This document shows, piece after piece, positions 60,260 through 64,000 of a stretch of DNA of 64,000 nt; position 1 is the first letter of the stretch, and each line of letters starts with the position of its first letter. The position numbers and the translations under genes are program-made. The stretch is taken from assembly GCA_963676915.2 (NCBI GenBank), contig CAXXVK010000006.1, positions 32,001 to 96,000 on the forward strand, given 5' to 3'. The DNA comes from Myxococcota bacterium. Lineage in GTDB: Bacteria; Myxococcota_A; SURF-8; G963663525. The notes under the pieces were generated by a model, which saw only the letters and a program-made list of their open reading frames with translations, made no database searches and was not told where the DNA came from.

Positions 60260-60570
60260 CATCTGATTGGAATGCCAACGGGTGCGTTCGGAGGAGCGAA
60301 TCCTGTAGCCAAAGTTTACTGGATGGGTTCGATTTCCAAGAATGCATTTCGAAAGAAGCGTCAGACACGTTTACTGGCATGTTTGGCAGTGAGGCGAATC
60401 TGCATTGTCCATCCCAGGGCTTGCACGCCTGCTTTGGTCATGTACATGGCCTCTGCAACCACACTGGCCAGAGTTTTTTAACGAGGTCGACTACATGGTG
60501 TTCGATCCAGTACAAAATGGTGTGGGGGCTCGTCATGGGTCATCTCATTATGGAAACTTGACACTTCCAT
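60260..60570 (-). pseudogene. Degraded IS4-family-like transposase 5' remnant
   Basis: Minus strand reads AGVQALG...LTAKHASKRV*RFFRN...IRWT, resembling the KHxIKRxDRLLxN and DWT motifs of IS10/IS4 transposases; contains stops and a frameshift. Confidence 0.45.
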
Positions 60571-60694
60571 AGTTGCGTCATGGCAGGTTCTTTTTAAAAA
60601 TACTGAGGGTGAGTCCATTCGGGTGCTGAAATATCATAAAAAATGCACTGGAAACTTGACACGTTCCCATCTTCAGACTAAAAGGACACTTCCA

Positions 60695-60771
60695 CGGCGT
60701 GTAGCGCAGCCTGGTAGCGCGCTTGGTTCGGGACCAAGAAGTCGGAGGTTCAAATCCTCTCACGCCGACCA
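60695..60771 (+). tRNA. tRNA-Pro (anticodon CGG)
   Basis: Acceptor stem CGGCGTG/CACGCCG, D-arm with TGGTA, anticodon stem CTTGG/CCAAG with loop TTCGGGA, T-loop TTCAAAT, encoded CCA; 77 nt. Confidence 0.97.
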
Positions 60772-60778
60772 AAGATTC

Positions 60779-60813
60779 CGGGCACTTACGAAACCTCGTG
60801 AGTGCCCGTTTTT
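60779..60813 (+). terminator. Hairpin/terminator downstream of tRNA-Pro
   Basis: CGGGCACTTACGA-AACC-TCGTGAGTGCCCG-TTTTT. Confidence 0.75.
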
Positions 60814-60816
60814 CGT

Positions 60817-61182
60817 TTACATTGACAAATATTGACAAAGTTGCAGGAATTGACCCGCCACCTGCCGGACTTTTTCATCCTCATGGCCGTCAAGTTCCAG
60901 TGCCATTTTCTTTGTTTCCTGGATCATTTCCGAGTCAACTGACATGAGGTTCATTTGCCGGGCCAGATACGGAGCCGTAAGGTGTCCGTAGGTGTCAACG
61001 GTTGTGATAATGTCCGTATGACCCAAGACTGCCTGGGCATAGGCCGGACCAGCCTGCATCATGCAGTTCGACCCACAGACATGCCTCAGTTCGTGGAGGG
61101 TCATTTCACGAATCCCCAGTTTCCGACAGGCCGTCTTCAACCGTTTGTGTAAATCGTTTCTGAAAGTGGGATAGCAGCCATT
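60817..61182 (-). pseudogene. Tyrosine integrase C-terminal remnant
   Basis: LHELRH (HxxR), VLGH, TVDTYGH (catalytic Tyr); frame closed upstream by TGA at 61183-61185; adjacent to the tRNA. Confidence 0.85.
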
Positions 61183-61387
61183 TCAAATCGATTCGCCTCA
61201 TGATCTACCTTATCTCTTTGATTTCACACAGAATATCTCATTTTCTCAAACCAACAACCGGATAGTAGTGGTTTGGCGACACTTTTAATCATTTTTGAGA
61301 ATCGCTGATATTGGTTTTGTCGTGAGGATCAGTACTGGTTTCCACTCTTTCGGGAGAAGATCAGAGACATTGTGATTTCTATCCGGT

Positions 61388-63508
61388 TCAACGGTTCCCA
61401 ACTGTCGATGAGAGAAATTCGTCAAGGGACATTGTTGCAATATTCCCTGCATCAGAAGCCTTTATTTGAACGTGGCTTGCGTAGACATGCAGATAGAGGG
61501 ATTCGTAGACAGCGACAAGATCCGTCGAAGGTTGGTTCAAGCAAAGTTTCTGAAATTCATAGGAAAATTCGTCTGCGAGCCAGGTATCCATTCCCACGTC
61601 GTATTGGGTGCTTATGGAGTTTTCCGTTTCATTGGATGATGTAAACATCACGACGCCTGGGGTATCCACTTCTTGTCCCATCAAGCCGGAATGGCAGGAT
61701 TCCACGACCAGAAGCACTCGCCGATACCGTTCCTGTTCATACATTTTCGATAAAGTTTCCGCCAACAATTTCGGGGTCATATTCGAAACTACGCCTCCGT
61801 TCCAATCGAGGTGATCGGTTGCGCCGACTTTCAGCCCTTCGTCCGTTCCATGGCCGACGAAAAAGATGAATAGGTTGTCTCCCGGACCGCTCTCCACGAC
61901 GGTTGGAAGTACTTCCGTACTTTCTCCCGCCAGGATGTGAAGAATGTCGAAAGACGTAAGATTCTCCAGCAGGTAATCCACCTCGACGTCGTGATACAGA
62001 TTTTCTCCTCCCACCTCGTTATAGATCTCGCCCGGATGGAGATTTTTTCCCGAATCCGCGATATCGTCCGCGAGAATCAGCAGAATGTGATCGTCATCAA
62101 AACCGTTACTTTTCAGAATCTGGTAAAGCGCCAGTGCATCAGCTTGGTGTCTGTAATTGGTCCATCCCGAGGAAACGGCTGCAATCAACGCCCACGATCC
62201 CGTGTGATCACCCGGTTGATAATCACTCTCGTTATCGAGGAGCTGTTGTTTTGCATGGGATGCAAAGGACCGATCGATGGATTGATCGTACCCGGACGTA
62301 AACCATTTATCCTCAACGAATTCTCCGTTTTCAACTTTCCAATGTGCGTAAGTGGACGAAACAAGGTCGGTTTGCACCGTTTCGTCGTAATCGAGCAGTC
62401 CGGTGCTTCCCGAAATGTCTGGAAAAGAACCTTTTCGCAGTCGTTCCAGAGTTTCCGAGACACCATCCCGACCCCAGCTCGTTACCTCACCATTTCCGGC
62501 AACAACGCGGGTCATTGCCTCGGCAAGATAACCTCCTCCCAATCCTCCGGAAACCTCCAATCCGTAAGCCAACAGAAGAAGGGCGTCGTAACTGTTGGCT
62601 GCATATTCGGCAGGCCGTTCACCGAAACGTTCCAGATGAGCTTCCACGAAACCGGATTCGGGATGCGAAGCCAAACGAATGCCTTCCACGCCTTCGGCTT
62701 CGTCCCCGAGTTCATCCAGAAGCGAAGAGGTTTGAGCTGCATCGGAAAGCAGCAGGTGGATATCGGGATCGAACTGTCGCGCCTGGCGAACGATGCATGC
62801 TGCGGATTCCGGTTCGCTCACCGCAACCACAAGAGCATCCGGCTGGTTGCTTAATGCTTTTTCGACCGCTTCATCACAGCTTTCCAGGTCGGAATTGTAT
62901 CGAATCACGTTTTTCGCATCCAAATTGAGTTCGGTTGCGAAAAATCCGAACCAATCGAAAAAAGTCGCTCCATAACGGTTGTTGGAACTGATGAGAGAGA
63001 TGCTTTCGGCGTCACTCTCCTGTATGAGAAGCAACAAGGCTTTGACTTGCGCCGTATCCGATTCGACGGTACGCCAAAAATATCCTTTTCCCGCGAAAGC
63101 ACGGAAAATCTCGGCCGCCGTTGCGGAAGGCGTTACGAACACCTTTCCGGCATCGAGAAATATCGAGGCCGTTTCGAAAACGCCGTCCGAGGTATCCGGT
63201 CCGATGACGCCCAGAATTTCGGGATCGTTCACGAAATTCTGGGCGGCATCTTCGTAGCCGGTTACGAACGTGTCAGTATAGACCAATTCGAGATTTCTAC
63301 CGGCCACACCGCCGGATTCATTGACGTTTTCGAGTGCCCAATTCAAAGAGCGCTCCCACTGCATGGACTCGGGACCGGACAATGGAAGCATCACGCCGAT
63401 TTTCAATGATGGTTTCGCCTCCTCGGAGCAACCACCGGCTCCGAGGAGGCATACGAGAAGGTTCATGAGTAGAATCAAAGAGATGGTGGTGGTTTGTCGA
63501 TCGTTCAT
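61388..63508 (-). CDS. LivJ-type solute-binding domain fused to a C13 (legumain/GPI8-like) cysteine peptidase; probable lipoprotein
   Basis: Signal ending GGC; IGVMLPLSG, NESGGVAGR, SYDALLLLA; then WALI, NYRHQAD, LILADD, FVGHG, VESCHSG. Confidence 0.87.
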   Translation of the reverse strand: MNDRQTTTISLILLMNLLVCLLGAGGCSEEAKPSLKIGVMLPLSGPESMQWERSLNWALENVNESGGVAGRNLELVYTDTFVTGYEDAAQNFVNDPEILGVIGPDTSDGVFETASIFLDAGKVFVTPSATAAEIFRAFAGKGYFWRTVESDTAQVKALLLLIQESDAESISLISSNNRYGATFFDWFGFFATELNLDAKNVIRYNSDLESCDEAVEKALSNQPDALVVAVSEPESAACIVRQARQFDPDIHLLLSDAAQTSSLLDELGDEAEGVEGIRLASHPESGFVEAHLERFGERPAEYAANSYDALLLLAYGLEVSGGLGGGYLAEAMTRVVAGNGEVTSWGRDGVSETLERLRKGSFPDISGSTGLLDYDETVQTDLVSSTYAHWKVENGEFVEDKWFTSGYDQSIDRSFASHAKQQLLDNESDYQPGDHTGSWALIAAVSSGWTNYRHQADALALYQILKSNGFDDDHILLILADDIADSGKNLHPGEIYNEVGGENLYHDVEVDYLLENLTSFDILHILAGESTEVLPTVVESGPGDNLFIFFVGHGTDEGLKVGATDHLDWNGGVVSNMTPKLLAETLSKMYEQERYRRVLLVVESCHSGLMGQEVDTPGVVMFTSSNETENSISTQYDVGMDTWLADEFSYEFQKLCLNQPSTDLVAVYESLYLHVYASHVQIKASDAGNIATMSLDEFLSSTVGNR

Positions 63509-63536
63509 GAAACCTCTCGGATGGAGTATTTTTTCG

Positions 63537-64000
63537 TTACGGCGATTCACAGACTACATTGCGAAGATAGTCGCAAGAAACGTCATTCCAAGAGCGTTCG
63601 TTGTCCGTGTATGCCTCGATACAATTTTCGCTATTGTTTTTATTGTCCGGCTCATCAGTGTACCAGTTTTCGTAGCTCCAGGGCGTTCCGTCCTGCCACT
63701 CCCAACCATCTCTCTTCAGGTAGGTAACCGGATAACAAATTATAGAGACGCAGAATTGGCCTATGGTTTCGACTCTGATATCATGACCACCCAGCCAGAC
63801 TTTTTCATTGTACCCATTCAAAAGAGTGACAAGGTCAGCCTGTTTTTCTGCGCTGTCAATCGTAGCCAAGTGACCACCTTCCGTCCAGGTGGCACAAAAT
63901 TCCTGGGCTCTTTCCTGGTTGTAAGTCATGTCGAATAGCGCCAGGTTCCCTTGTGTGGCCACGGGATCGGGAAACATCTGCTCGCAAACAAAGGATTTCT
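63537..64000 (-). CDS. C-type lectin domain protein, tandem domains, 5' end outside the window
   Basis: GHLATI, VWLGG, WEWQDGT...YENW...EPDN...ENC...WNDVSC...VVCE; frame stays open to the window edge and begins KSFVCE, the end of a preceding domain. Confidence 0.87.
   Translation of the reverse strand, partial: KSFVCEQMFPDPVATQGNLALFDMTYNQERAQEFCATWTEGGHLATIDSAEKQADLVTLLNGYNEKVWLGGHDIRVETIGQFCVSIICYPVTYLKRDGWEWQDGTPWSYENWYTDEPDNKNNSENCIEAYTDNERSWNDVSCDYLRNVVCESP

Noticed and set aside
1-64000. CRISPR array, rRNA, prophage or anti-phage defence genes
   Set aside because: No regularly spaced repeats, rRNA-like sequence, phage structural genes or recognisable defence motifs found

Overview
Bacterial genomic window with mostly housekeeping genes. 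Gene content (FHA-CpaF fusion, Ser/Thr kinase with PEGA-like tail, long TPR proteins, Cys-rich acidic lipoproteins, rubrerythrin) suggests a Myxococcota/Deltaproteobacteria-type organism; this is inference. Left to right: clan GH-A glycoside hydrolase lipoprotein; an apparently intact IS5-family element; an FHA-CpaF-like degenerate ATPase/grpE/kinase/TPR block; a hydrolase-DUF2804-larA-glycerate kinase operon; a back-to-back junction of two 5'-truncated genes plus a GTAG REP doublet; yeaH-cmk; a PilB/GspE-PilC/GspF-thermonuclease block; an RND efflux block with two degenerate phosphoesterase-fold proteins; rbr; an acyl-CoA dehydrogenase/carboxylase operon; TPP riboswitch-thi4-thiE; yqeY-ribF-GT4; a Cys-rich LamG/FGE lipoprotein; an arginine operon (argC D B E R G H) lacking argA/argJ but led by a DUF1611/DgcN-like gene under ARG boxes; and tRNA-Pro(CGG) flanked by IS4-like and integrase remnants, next to a solute-binding-protein/legumain (C13) fusion and a C-type lectin gene. 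Best candidate for a new system: the DUF1611-like gene as a non-orthologous N-acetylglutamate synthase. All family calls come from motifs read by eye; no searches were run.
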